Of a stretch of DNA of 64,000 nt, positions 47,204 through 59,599 are shown in pieces; position 1 is the first letter of the stretch, and every line of letters begins with the position of its first letter. Made by a program: the position numbers and the translations under genes. Origin of the DNA: Zootoca vivipara (lineage: Eukaryota); the NCBI RefSeq assembly GCF_963506605.1, contig NC_083281.1, forward strand, positions 20,770,001 through 20,834,000. Reading direction: 5' to 3'. Under the pieces are notes generated by a model that was not told where the DNA came from, did not search any database, and saw only the letters and a list, made by a program, of their open reading frames with translations.

Positions 47204-47317
47204 TTAAATACCCAGCTCAGCTGGTAGGAAAGAGAGGGGGCGAGGGAGGCGGGACTGGCAGTCAGCGGCAGCAGTAGTCACAAAGTTTTGCCAAAGTGGC
47301 ATCGGGGACAAAGTTTA
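47204..47317 (-). promoter_or_regulatory. APOE: APOE promoter: TATA-like box, GC boxes, three CAAAGT (HNF4-like) cores
   Basis: TATTTAA 47204-47210; GGGGCGAGGGAGGCGGG at about 47237-47253; CAAAGT at 47281, 47292 and 47309. Confidence 0.55.
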
Positions 47318-50093
47318 ACACACACCACACTTTGCACACACACTGCTAGGGGAAGTCTTAACCCTGAACTCAGGGGAGGGAGGGAGGGGAAAACAAAATA
47401 CAGTAGTTAAAGCAATGGGTTTTTTAATTGCATCGAGTATGTGAACTTTTTGACTGACACAAGTCTCCCCATCAGGCAGAACAGAAGTTGTTAAATAATT
47501 CTTTTTCCTCTCTGCCTGGATTTCCCATGGCCATCTTTCTCCCGTTTTTGCAGCTATTTGCACAAGCTTCTCTGAAAATTGTTTTCTTGCATGAAATGAA
47601 TTGTGTTCTTAGGTGGGGGTGGGGAAGATGGCATTAATTAAAATGTGTTTATGCTACAGTGAGGCCCGAAATGGGCGATCGAAGTCAGACTGAGTTAACA
47701 TAAAACAGTAGGACAGAGTTGGGGAAAGGGTGATTCAGAGGGGAGAAGCAGAAGAGGGAGGCCATGCAAAGCTCTTATCCACCCATCTTTTCTCCCTTAC
47801 GCTTCTGTTCTCAGTGGTGACAAACTCATATTGGAGTACCCCAGCAGAGGTAATAGGGAAGAAGGTGGGGGAGACAGAAGCCCCTGCTTCTCCATTTGCC
47901 CCTTCTCTCCTCCAAACTATATCCTCCCCTCTACTGCCTTTCAACTGTTTTGCAGTTGAGACGTATCGGTTCAGGTCTGTTGCTGAATTTGTAGCTTATG
48001 AGTGTCTGAAAAGAAACATACACATTTCGACCACCTAGTTATGCGACCCCCGAGCTTACCAGACCTTTAGAAGGCATCTCAAGGCAGCCCTGTTTAGGGA
48101 AGCTTTTAATGTTAATGGATTTCTGTATTTTAGTATTTGTTGGAAGCCGCCCAGAGTGGCTGGGGGAACCCTGACAGTAAGAGACACAGTCAACTGTACA
48201 CGGTGTTTTTGTGAGTTTTTGGACCCTTGGAAAATTCATCTGGGATTGTCCACACTCCTTCGTGACAGGTAGCAATTGCCAGATCTGCCAGTAGACAGAC
48301 ACCTTGAGTTATACCAAGGTATATCAAGTCAACTCATAGGAACAGAATAAGCTGCCTCGTGCTGCGTTAGACCCTTGGTCCAGCTAGCTCAGTAATGGCA
48401 ACACTGACTGGCAGCAGCTGCTCAAGATTTCAGGCAGAGGTTGCTCTCAGCTGTACCTGGAGACGCCAGGTGTTGAACTTGGGAACTCATGCATGCAGTG
48501 CAGGTACTCTGCCAATGCTTGTCTACTCAGGCGTAAGTCTCATTGAGTTCAATGGGGCTTACTCCCAGAAGTGCGCATAGGGTTGTAAACCAAAATGGTT
48601 TACCCACGTCATTTATTGAGACATATTTGGGGTGCAAACCCCAAACTACCTAATTCATATTAGTGGAAAGCAGAAATAATATTTCATGTTATGGGAAAGG
48701 AAACAAGGGGTGTTTGTTGCTCTGGCTTCATTCCATATGAAACAGAAAAGGGTATGTTATTGCACACTTGACTAAACTAGAAAGGGGTTGAAATTTATCA
48801 ATTAATGCACTCTTATGCCACTTTAACAGGAATCCTGGGATCCTCCAAAGCATCCTGGGAACTGTTGTTTGTTAAAGGTGCTGAGAGTTGCTAGACGACT
48901 GCTATTCTTCTCCCAGAGCTGCCATTCCCAGAGTTCTTTGGGAAGAGGGATTGCTTGTTAAGCCACTTTGGGAACTGTAGCTCCCAGGCAAGGTTAGGGG
49001 TCGCCTAACAACTCTCAGTACCCTTAACAAACTACAGTTCCCAGTATGCTTTGGGGGAAGCCATGAGATTTAAACTTGTATGTATAAGAGATCTTTAGAT
49101 GTGTGGTGCAAATGTCGCCTTGGTTGCTTTGGTAGTGTCTAGCTCATTGAAGCCTTTCATTCAATGCAGTTGCCCTGAATCTTGTTTCACCATTGTCAAC
49201 AGGACAGTGCCTTCCAGGGCACCTGAGCGTAGGAGGCTGCAGACCACATGATGCAGTCCACTATCATCTGGCCACCGCTCCCAACCCCCTGCATTTGCCG
49301 TCTGAGGCAGCCAACTCAATCTGCCCAACAGTAGGGCTGGCTGTGAATGTTTCTCCCCACGGTTTCTCTGCCCCCAAAGAAGAGTACAGAATTTTGAGAG
49401 GCCATTTGTGCACCACTCTAGGCAGAACTTTTAGAGGTGAGGTGGGGTTTTACTGGGGGAAACGTCATTCTTTGCTACCAGGGTGCAGGAAGCAGGAAAT
49501 CACAAACGTCTGGGTCGCTGGGACGAAGGAAACTTCTCTTCTTGTGACTCTGTTGACAGGAGGGATTTCGTAAGGGTGCTTCGAGGGAGAAGGGTTAGCA
49601 GGGTTGTGAGCCAAAGAGGCTACGTAATTCAACCTGCCAGGCACATGCTGAAATTAACAAGAAACCGAGGCCTAACAAAAATGAGCACATGCAAGGCGCA
49701 AACTCTTGCAGACATGCACAACCCGTGACAGTCTGAGGTTCTTCCTTGTGCCATCAGCTGTTTTCTAGAGAAGTGCAAACAGGCCTCTTGCTGCCTTAGC
49801 AGTAGAGCAAACTGGCATACATACAACCTGCGTGACCCACCAAGACAAATGGAGCTCACGATCCAGCGGAGTTGCATGGACGGATCTGAGGTAAAGCAAG
49901 GCAGCTGTTTCAGGCATCAAATTCAGGGCACCATTGAAAGGGAGCAAATGGAATAACAACCACCAGCAAGGGGACGACATCACAGGGATTTGCCTTTTCA
50001 GGGTAACATTTTGGCTGTACGTTGCTTTGGGTTGCTCTGGGCGAGATAAAGAGGATGGCAAATTTAATAATAATAATAGTAATAATAGTAATA

Positions 50094-50131
<38 letters not shown>

Positions 50132-50282
50132 TTATTTGAACCCTGCCCATCTGGTTGGGTCTCCCCAGCCACTCTGGGAGGCTTCCAACAAAAATTAAAA
50201 ATACATTAAAATAACAATAAATAAACAACACCCTTTCTGGTGCTGGACGGCCTACCACTTCCCCCTCACCGCCCACTGACGT

Positions 50283-50567
50283 TGGCCACATGCATACCAT
50301 ATGTTTAAAACACAACAATACAATTTTAAGCCGTCATGGGTCATGGCTTCCCCCCAAGAATTCTGGGACCCGCAGTTTGTTGAGGGTGCTAGAAGTCGCA
50401 AGGAAATGCTGGTTCCCCATCCCAGAGCTACAATTCCCAGAGCGGTTTGGCGTTAAATCCTTCTCCCCAGGGAAGTCTGGGAATTGTAGCTCTGGGAGGG
50501 GGGGTAGGTGTCTCAGCATCCTTAAGATGCTCCCAGAAATCTTTAAATACGTGGTGTGAATGTGGCC
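50283..50567. mobile_element. Abundant palindromic MITE family (PIF/Harbinger-like ends GGCCACAT.CAC); further copies at ~2690-2890, 6750-7170, 21615-21770, 48810-49115, 56930-57090, 63604-64000
   Basis: Shared CATGGCTTCCCCCAAAGAATTCTGGGAACTGTAGTTTGTTAAGGGTGCTG arms in inverted orientation. Confidence 0.6.
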
Positions 50568-51860
50568 TTCATCACCGTGCAGTCGCTGCTGTCCTTGTTT
50601 GGCCTTACTGTTTCTCCTGAGCCGCAGGAGTTTAATTGCCCTAAAACCTCTTTCACTGTGAATCTCCTGTGGTGTATCGGGAATAGGACTCCAAGCCCCC
50701 AGATTTCCTCCCACCCTGGATAGCTCAAACTACACATCCTGTCCGTTTTCAAGGAAGGAAGTCAACAAGAGAGGTGGCGTTCTTCCACCACAGACTGTAT
50801 TTTGGGTTGTAGGCTTGGCTGAGGTGCTGTGATGAATACAACAAGTAGGATCTTTGAGGTGCTCTAAAAACACCTCAGTGTCTAAAAACACCTGGGGAGG
50901 AAGTTCTATGAAACAGGGTTGTTGTTTTTTAAGATCAACGCCGCTTCACACACCCTTCTAAGCACAAGCACACACACAAGAGCCTTTCTCGAGCTTCTAG
51001 TTAGGAATTAAGCTGAGGCACAATGGGAGTTTTATTTTTCCAGCAGAGCCCTTTCTTGCTTTAATCACGATAGGTCAAAAAATTCAACGGCTCACTCCCC
51101 CCCCCCCCCAGTCTGGAGATATGGCGATGGGGAAGGGATCACCTGTTGGAACGTCTGCCTGTATTGCAGCTCTTAAAGAAGCCACTTGCTTCTGGAAGCC
51201 AAAGTCTTCAGCTGGGGCAACTGCTGCCTAGAAAACAATATTTCTCCCACTTACCACACCACTGTTTCTTGTAACAATTGGGCCTTGAGCTTCATAGGCT
51301 GTGTTTGCAAGACTTATTAATATAGTTACTGGTTAGTACCATGTTACCAATTGACCAGAACAGCACGCTCTGCTCTTCTGCAGCTCTGGGTAGTTTTTAC
51401 CTCCATGGCTTGGAGGTTAAACGCTGTCATCTGCTAAGTAGCTAAGAACAGGCTGCTGTTAAAGGCACAGCTGCAGTGGCTGGCTGGAAAGTTGGCAACC
51501 CTGGCTACTGTTTACCACCTCCTCTCCCGCACCCCTCCTGTTGTTGCTGTTGGTGGAGTGTCAAAAATAAGGAGGTGAAGTTCTTCCTCTGGGTCTTCAT
51601 CTTTACCCCAGGAAAAGCTTCGGCCGCTTGATTTATCTGCGTTAGGCTTTATCAAAAGACACAGGTGCAGGGCTGGTTCTAAAAGCTGGCAACCCCAGGG
51701 CTAGACAGCTCATCGGAAGCCCCCTCTAACTCCACAATTTGGCGGTAATTAATTCAGAATAAATTAATGGGATCCTGGGAACATCCGCTCAGAAAAGGAA
51801 CTAGCACGCAGCTACCCTTTCGGGCGGCTGCAATGCAATGCGTGCTTCTCATTTAAAGTC

Positions 51861-51912
51861 TGACCTAAAGTAACCCTCCTTAGCGCTGCTGAGACCAGAG
51901 GTCAGGGTGACT
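51861..51912. promoter_or_regulatory. Candidate nuclear-receptor enhancer: DR4 (LXRE) plus near-consensus ERE
   Basis: TGACCT-AAAG-TAACCC (=GGGTTA-CTTT-AGGTCA) at 51861-51876; GGTCA-GGG-TGACT at 51900-51912, in sequence where I recognise no repeat. Confidence 0.5.
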
Positions 51913-52255
51913 GCATCTGAGGTTCACGGAGAAACGCAGAAAACATCTTGGGGGTTTATTTTTCTAGCAGATAAGCAAACAGCTGGGGCTTCGTCACCAC
52001 GTGGTGGAAACTGGCTAGTATTTTCTTCCTGACAGAGATCCCTGCATGCCTTTCGGACAGCCTGCCTCAACCTGCTTCTTCTCCAGATCTCTTGGGCTCT
52101 GGTTCCCACCAGCCCTGTCTGAGTGGCAGTCCAAAACATCTGGAGAAGAAACAGGTCGGGGAAGCCTGCTTTAAAAAGCTGCCTTGCAAGTAGAAATGCT
52201 TTTGGGTCCAGCTTTAGGGGGGGGGCAATAACATGCCTTTATATTACACTAGTGA

Positions 52256-52602
52256 GGGACCCAGGTGGCGCTGTGGTTAAACCACTGAGCCTAGGGCTTG
52301 CTGATCAGAAGGTCGGTGGTTCGAATCCCTGTGACGGGGTGAGCTCCCGTTGCTTGGTCCCAGCTCCTGCCAACCTAGCAGTTCGAAAGCACGTCAAAAT
52401 GCAAGTAGATAAATAGGAACCGCTACAGCGGGAAGGTAAACGGCGTTTCCATGCGCTGCTCTGGTTCGCCAGAAGCGGCTTTGTCATGATGGCCACATGA
52501 CCTGGAAGCTGTACGCTGGCTCCCTCGGCCAATAATGCGAGATGAGTGCGCAACCCCAGAGTCGGTCACGACTAGACCTAATGGTCAGGGGTCCCTTTAC
52601 CT
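52256..52602 (+). mobile_element. Full-length Sauria SINE
   Basis: Typical head and tail; flanking repeat TTTATATTACACT (52238-52250, 52603-52615). Confidence 0.9.
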
Positions 52603-54027
52603 TTTATATTACACTCTATTTTTCACAGTATCATAGAATTGTAGAGTTGGAAGGGAACACTTTAACATTCAAACAAGAGGCGTTCCCTTCCCATTCATCT
52701 GGGTCCCACTCTTTTGTTTGTGGAGCACCAATGCGCACCAAACAGCACGAGAGTTTTTTCCACAGCCTTAAAGGGCAAGATCTTGACCTCCCCCCCCCCT
52801 AAGAAATGAGCGTCTTCAACGCTGCAGCTCAGAAATACAAAGCATCAAACCGCATTTTTGAAATGAAAACGAAAGACTTGACACTTGCTGTTGTTTTCTC
52901 ATCAACTTGCCAGCTTTTTTCCCCTTCTTCTTCAAAGATGTGGCTCATTAATTTTAAACTCTTGTGCTGACATTGCTGGCACACCAGCCTTCTTGGCGTG
53001 ATGTGCCCAAGGGTCAGAAATCAAGTGTTATCTCCTTGCCACCCCAACGTGGCATTCGCATGCAGTCGTATGGGAGGGAAACAGAGTCCAAGAGTGCTCA
53101 TAATACCTCATTCTGCCAACGTTGGAAGGGAAGGTGCAAGAGCGCTGGCACATCCCTGCTATCAGAGAACAAAGCAGTAAGCGAGCTTCGATCTGCAAGT
53201 TGTCAAAGATCAGCTACCTTCCTTTCTGACCTCTCCACACTTGCCCTGGTTTCACTATCTCAGCCACTAGGGACAAGCAAATCGGTCCATTCTCGTTTTT
53301 CCTGCATTGTTTCAGTAAGCGCCAGCGAGGTAGGTTCACCTTTAAATGCAAAATGAATCAAATTTCCTCTCCCATCTCTATGAGAGCAGCAGAAACCTTT
53401 GCTCTGCAGTGTTCAGATGTGCCGGAGATGTGTAGAATTCTTGGGTTGGGGGGTGTCTTCCCAACTTTCCCCACTGCAAAGTTAATTCACCAGCCTCTGA
53501 CTTTCCTCCAGGGCTGTTCAGAGGCTGGTGACCCTTTCAGCAAAGTATGTCTCTGCTGAATTCAACGAGATTTACTCCCAAGCAATGCATGTTCAGGCTC
53601 CGGCTCGAAATTGCAGGGAGTTCTTTGTCCCCACCTCCCCACTGTGCTTTTTTAAAAAATAAAAAATAAAAGAACATGTATAGTTAAGACTGCTTCATCC
53701 TCACCCCCTCCAGTCCTTTTTCAGCTTCAGATCACGCTTCACCAAGTGGCTTCGGAGGAAAAGATAACAAGGCCCCAAAAGCTTTCCCTCTAAGTACAGT
53801 GATACCTTGGTTCTCAAAAGCCATTGTTCTCAAACGCTTTGGTTCACAAACTCCGAAAACCTGGAAGTGGTTCCAGTTTTCGAACATTTTTGAACATTTC
53901 AGAAGTCAAATGGACTTCTGGAACTGATTAAGTTTGGCGCTTTTGTTTTTGCTATTTATTTTGTGTTTTTGTTTTTGAGGCTTTTTCAATTGATTTGTTT
54001 TTGTGACTGTGTGGAACCTAATTCAGC

Positions 54028-54061
<34 letters not shown>

Positions 54062-54940
54062 GTGACTGCAGAAATAGATAAAAGCCCCCCATACAAACAA
54101 TGACTACCATCAGTGCAGATATGAATTTTTTTTTAAAAAAAATTATCATCTACAATACTGTCTTGTTTATTTTATAGTACAGTACATTGATTGTTGCTTT
54201 CATTTTATGGATCAATGGTCTCGTTAGATAGTAAAATTCATGTTAAATTGCTATTTTAGAGGTTGTTTTTAAAAGTCTGGAACGGATTAATTTGTTTTGC
54301 GTTACTTTCTATAGGAAAGTTTGCCTTGGTTTTGGAATGGTTTGGTTTTGGAACGGACTTCCGGAATGGATTAAGTTTGAGAACCAAGGTACCAGTGCAT
54401 GAAAAATAAGCTTGGGAAGGGTTTATTTGAAAAATGACCAGAGAGGAAAGGAGCCTCACACCACCCATTTTTTTTCTGCTCAGGTGCAGCCTGCCCTGAC
54501 TCCAGAGGAAAGAACTGCAACTTTCCACAACACTCTTTGTGTGGGTCAGCAACACCATTACCCAAATAGTTTTGCAAGAATTAAAAAAACACACGCTTGG
54601 TATCCTCCAGCAATGTTTGCTCAGCAAGAGACTCCAGATTCACTTCAAAATGTTGTTTTAGGTGACACTTGCTGGCAACCCTAGGGAAGACATTCAGTGT
54701 CAGGTACTGTACAGGCCTGAGGTACAAAATGCTCAATAGCAAAACAGCAAACTCCTAAGTGTTTCAACAGAGGCAATTTAGGCAGAGTTTCTATCTATAC
54801 ATTGTCTAGCAAGTGCTGCTAGAAGTAGACATGTATACAAGTAGACCTGTATAGAGGATTGCATTGGTGAATTTATTTAATGTAGTTGGTTGGGGTAAAA
54901 CTGTATTTTAATCAGATTTAACCTTGCCCAAATCCAGGGA

Positions 54941-55546
54941 GTTTACTTTCTTGGGCTCCTTGATCACTGCAGATGGTGACAGCAGTCACGAAATTAAAAG
55001 ACGCCTGCTTTTTGGGAGAAAAGCAATGACAAACCTAGACAGCATCTTAAAAAGCAGAGACATCACCTTGCCGACAAAGGTCCGTATAGTTAAAGCTATG
55101 GTTTTCCCAGTAGTGATGTATGGAAGTGAGAGCTGGACCATAAAGAAGGCTGATCGCCGAAGAATTGATGCTTTTGAATTATGGTGCTGGAGGAGACTCT
55201 TGAGAGTCCCATGGACTGCAAGAAGATCAAACCTATCCATTCTGAAGGAAATCAGCCCTGAGTGCTCCCTGGAAGGACAGATCGTGAAGCTGAGGCTCCA
55301 ATACTTTGGCCACCTCATGAGAAGAGAAGAATCCTTGGAAAAGACCTTGATGTTGGGAAAGATGGAGGGCACTAGGAGAAGGGGACGACAGAGGACGAGG
55401 TGGTTGGACAGTGTTCTCGAAGCTACGAACATGAGTTTGAGGAAACTGCGGGAGGCAGTGCAAGACAGGAGTGCCTGGCGTGCGTGCTATGGTCCATGGG
55501 GTCACGAAGAGTCGGACACGACTAAACGACTAAACAACAACAACAA
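54941..55546 (+). mobile_element. Bov-B LINE, 5'-truncated
   Basis: Near-identical to the 19028 copy; (CAA)n tail; 12-bp TSD CAAATCCAGGGA (54929-54940, 55547-55558). Confidence 0.95.
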
Positions 55547-56529
55547 CAAATCCAGGGAACAAGAGAGCTAGATTTGTCATTGCTAGTCTTATGTAATGTG
55601 CACATGGCACAGTACCTAGTTCTTTTCTAAGTGCTTATGAAATGTTGTTGTTGTGGCTGTTGTTATAAGAAGTCTTCCCACCACTTCCTGCCAGTGTGCA
55701 TCTGGGTTGCACATTTTCTCCATATGCCTCATTCAAGTACCGCTGAAACAGGCTGGATTTATCTTTTTATGTGAATGAGGGTCAAAAGACAGGGCCAGAA
55801 GTTGCAACTACAGCATGCTTCAGGGGGTGGGGGCAAGGGGCAAATTTAGTTGAGTTCACATGGAAAGGAGAGTGTATCAAATTTGCACTTTCGAAAAAAA
55901 TAACCCCAAAACCAATGAGAACCGAAACACAGAAGCATCCTTTGAAATTTGCACATCCTTCGAAATTTGTTTTGTTGGTTCTCCAACAAAACAAAAAATG
56001 CATGTACCGGCGGAACTAATAATATTAGTGAAGATAACGTACAGAATGCATTCTATTAGGGGGAATTGCTTGCAAAACTATGGACGTTAATTAAAATTGC
56101 AAACAAAGACTGTTTACTAGCAGAAATTATCAGTGAAACGCTGATGAATTTTCATGAGTATTCTTAAAAGATGTGATTCACAAATTGCTACAGAAATGTG
56201 GAGAACTGAATTTCAGGATTGGAAAAATCAACGAAATGGGCTAACCCTAACTTGACAGATCTTTCTGTCAGTACTGGAAGCCCATTGCCTTCATAACGGT
56301 AGCACTGTGTCTCTGAGGAAACAACCACAATGGGACCTGTGGGAAGGAACGGTTTCTCGGGGGCCACAAGCACCCCCAGAATCCTGCACTCCGTTCTGTG
56401 TGTTTTTCATTGCATGATAACAAAAGTAAACTTTTTAAATATATATTCCATTCCTTTGGAAACCTCATCCCTAGAGATGCATTTGATTCCAAAGTGCCTG
56501 TCCTGGCCTGCTGATGTTTTCCCCAACCC

Positions 56530-56573
<44 letters not shown>

Positions 56574-57129
56574 CATGTCGTGCTCCGCTGGCGCCAACTT
56601 CTCCTCCTCTTCCTCTATCCCAGCAGTGCTGCAAATCCCTCAAACAACAGAATGTTTTAATATATATATAAAAAATAGATAATCAGAAAGAAAAGAATCT
56701 CTACATCTTCCCTCTGACTTTGATCTTGCGGAGTCTGATCCACTCACAGATCTAGGAGGGCTACTGGAAGAACAAGGCAACATTGTTTTGGGCAATTTAG
56801 TGACGGGAAATCAGAGGGTGTAATGAATGACTCAGCCAGAGCCACACAAAGTAACTCATTGGCGAAATCAGGAACAAAGTGCCCAGGATCTATGCCTCTT
56901 CCCCCATGCGCCCAAGACTTAAGCAATGGGTCCCATCTATGCTATACATTTAAAGCACATGCCTTCCTCCAGAGAATCCTGGGAGCTGCAATTTACTGCT
57001 TTCGGAGCTACAGTTCCCAGCACCCTTAACAAACTATAGTCCCCAGGATTCTCTGGGGAGAAGCCATGTGCTTTATGGTGTGGATGTGAGTAGAAACAAA
57101 TCAAATGGATATTCATGCCATGATGCACA

Positions 57130-57400
57130 GCGGATTTGCGAGCGATGTGATTACAGCTGGAAGGTTTCGCCCAGTTTGTTTTTGAACCTGACTCCAAGGC
57201 AGCAGCTGCAGGGCAAAGAAGACAGTCTGGTTGTGCATCCACAGCAGTGACCAGAGGAGGGATGACCGCTGGGAGGAGCACAGAGAGAAGAAACGCCGTG
57301 GTGCATCTGCAGCAGCACAACTGGACGCCTTCTTCTGCCCCAGCTGCAACGAAACATGTCTCCCATATCGGTCTCTACAGCCACAGCAGGCGCTGTCATC
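57130..57400 (+). mobile_element. Old RTE-clade LINE 3' fragment
   Basis: Frameshifted C2H2-like tail FCPSCNETC.SHIGLYSHSRRC typical of RTE ORF ends. Confidence 0.55.
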
Positions 57401-58470
57401 TTCACCCCCAAAGGGGTGTCCTGAGACAGACAGGTGCCAACCTATTAAGGGTGGCAGGTTTTGCTCATGCTGTTCCTATCCATTTCACTGAATGGGCAGC
57501 GCCTTGTTTTAAGTGGCAAGGGAATGGCTGCTTGGTTCTTTTGCCTTGGGCAACCAAAATGTCTCAGGTCAGCCTTACCAAGATGGCGGCAATGGGCACT
57601 GTGTGTCGCAAATGTTTCCTGTTGTGCTTGCCATTGCAGTCATGCAAAGACCCATGTCCTACTCCGTGCATAAGAGGTTCAGGCTCTAGCATCTAGAAGT
57701 CCAGGATTGCATGCACCTCCAAGCACAATTCTCTCTCTCTAAAAAAAAACCTCAGCCTATGACTTGTGATCAGCTGCTTTAACCACAGAAGGCGCAGCCT
57801 GCCTTGCTTTAGATGCTGAGACAGCAGTGTACCCTGAGGCCTTTAGCTCTACTGGGATGGCACAATAAGCTGAAACAGCAAACCCTGTACGTTGGCTTGT
57901 GGGGAGAGAAGAAACAAGCACTGCAGAAGTTAAATCCAGCTAGAAAAACAGTCGGAGCCTGGCATGTAGGAATTGGGAAATCAGCAGCAACAGCAGTAAT
58001 GACTCCAAAGACATGGTGTGCCAATTGGAATAAAACATTTCTCCATGTAATCCCTGTCAGCTGAAAGCAGGACGCCACTTTAGATTTTGGGGATGGATTT
58101 CATTAGGGGAGGAAGTATTTTCAACTCAGGTCAAACAGTTCTTTCCTTTCTCCCTGCCCAAAGCAAGGACCGTGGGCCAAATCGGGCCGGTCACTTTAAA
58201 TGTTTATAACAGTTGCTATGTTTTGTAGAACAAATAAGTTTAGGCAGAAATATTTGGGTGCTTCTATGGAATATTGCATGTGCAGTTTTTAAGAAACACA
58301 AGAAAAATTCCATTCTGTTGGAGGAAATGTGGCCAAGTTGGAACCTTGTAGTGGTTATGTGAAGCTCTAACTATATTTTGGAACAGGTAGGTAGCCGTGT
58401 TGGTCTAAGTCGAAACAAAATAAAAAAATTCCTTCAGTAGCACCTTAAAGACCAACTAAGTTTTTTTTTG

Positions 58471-58508
58471 GTATGAGCTTTTGTGTGCATGCACACTTCA
58501 TCAGATAC
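58471..58508 (-). ncRNA. Hammerhead motif, probably inactive (G12>A)
   Basis: GTAT-CTGATGA-A-GTGTGCATGCACAC-AAAA-GCT-C-ATAC; GAAA mutated at a CpG. Confidence 0.65.
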
Positions 58509-59472
58509 ACTGAAACAGAAGTAGCCAGACCCTTATGTATATTCAGAGGGTGGGTGGGGGGTGATGGGAATGGGTGATGGGCTGATAGGAGTGGTAAACC
58601 TGTTGATGACTGTTAACGACTGTTAATGACTGCAATTGGTCTTGCGGGGGGGGGGAGCAAGGGCTGAGGTGCTAAGGAAAGCTGGATCATGTATAATGAG
58701 ATAAGAATCCTATGTCTCTGTTCATGCCAGGTGTCTCCATTGTTTTAAGCTTGGTAATGCGTTGCAATTCAGCAACTTCTCTTTCCAGTCTGTTTCTGAA
58801 TTTTTTCTGTAATAAAACAGCTGCTTTGAGATCTTGTATAGAATGTCCTGGGAGATTGAAGTGTTCTCCTACTGGTTTCTCTGTCTTGTGATTCCTGATG
58901 TCAGATTTATGTCCATTTATCCTTTGGCGTAGGGTTTGGCCTGTTTGTCCAATATAGAGAGCTGAAGGGCACTGTTGGCATTTGATGGCATACACAACGT
59001 TAGAAGATGAGCAATTAAATAGTCCTGAGATGGTATGTTGGATGTTGTTGGGGCCAGTAATGATGTTGTCCGGGTGTATGTGGCAGCAAAGTTGGTGTTA
59101 TGTACTGAGCTGAATCCTAGAACAATAGGATTCAGAATCAGCGGGAGCTACCCAATCCAACTCCAGGTGGAAGTGAATCCGCAACCTGATTGGCCTGCTG
59201 GAGCAGCCAATCAGGCGGCTGGCAGAAGTGAATCTGCTACCTGATTGGCCTGTAGGAGCAGCCAATCAGGCTGCAGGCAGAAGTCAGTCCATAATATAAT
59301 TGGCCCACAGGTGTAGCCCTGAAGTAGCCAATCACGCAAGGCCCATTGTGTAAATAATGTATATAAGCAGATGGTTTGGGGAAAAGAGCCATTCGTCTTC
59401 TCTTCTCCTCCTTGATGACTATGAGCTGAATAAAGAGCATGAAATTCACTCTTGACTCCGAGTATATTTCAC

Positions 59473-59490
59473 TGGCGACGAGGATGGGAT
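59473..59490 (+). other. Primer binding site for tRNA-Ser(GCU)
   Basis: TGGCGACGAGGATGGGAT is the 18-nt complement of the vertebrate tRNA-Ser(GCU) 3' end ATCCCATCCTCGTCG-CCA. Confidence 0.85.
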
Positions 59491-59599
59491 CCTGCTGAGC
59501 TGACCGCCACCACGCACTGCACCACAGCACCGCCACCTGCTGCACCGCTGCATCGCACCGTGCATCCAGGCTTCAGCTCCAGGACCCAAGGAACCCAGA

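Noticed and set aside
59170-59335. Regularly spaced palindromic repeats as a CRISPR-like array
   Set aside because: Vertebrate DNA, no unique spacers, no cas genes; these are LTR enhancer repeats.
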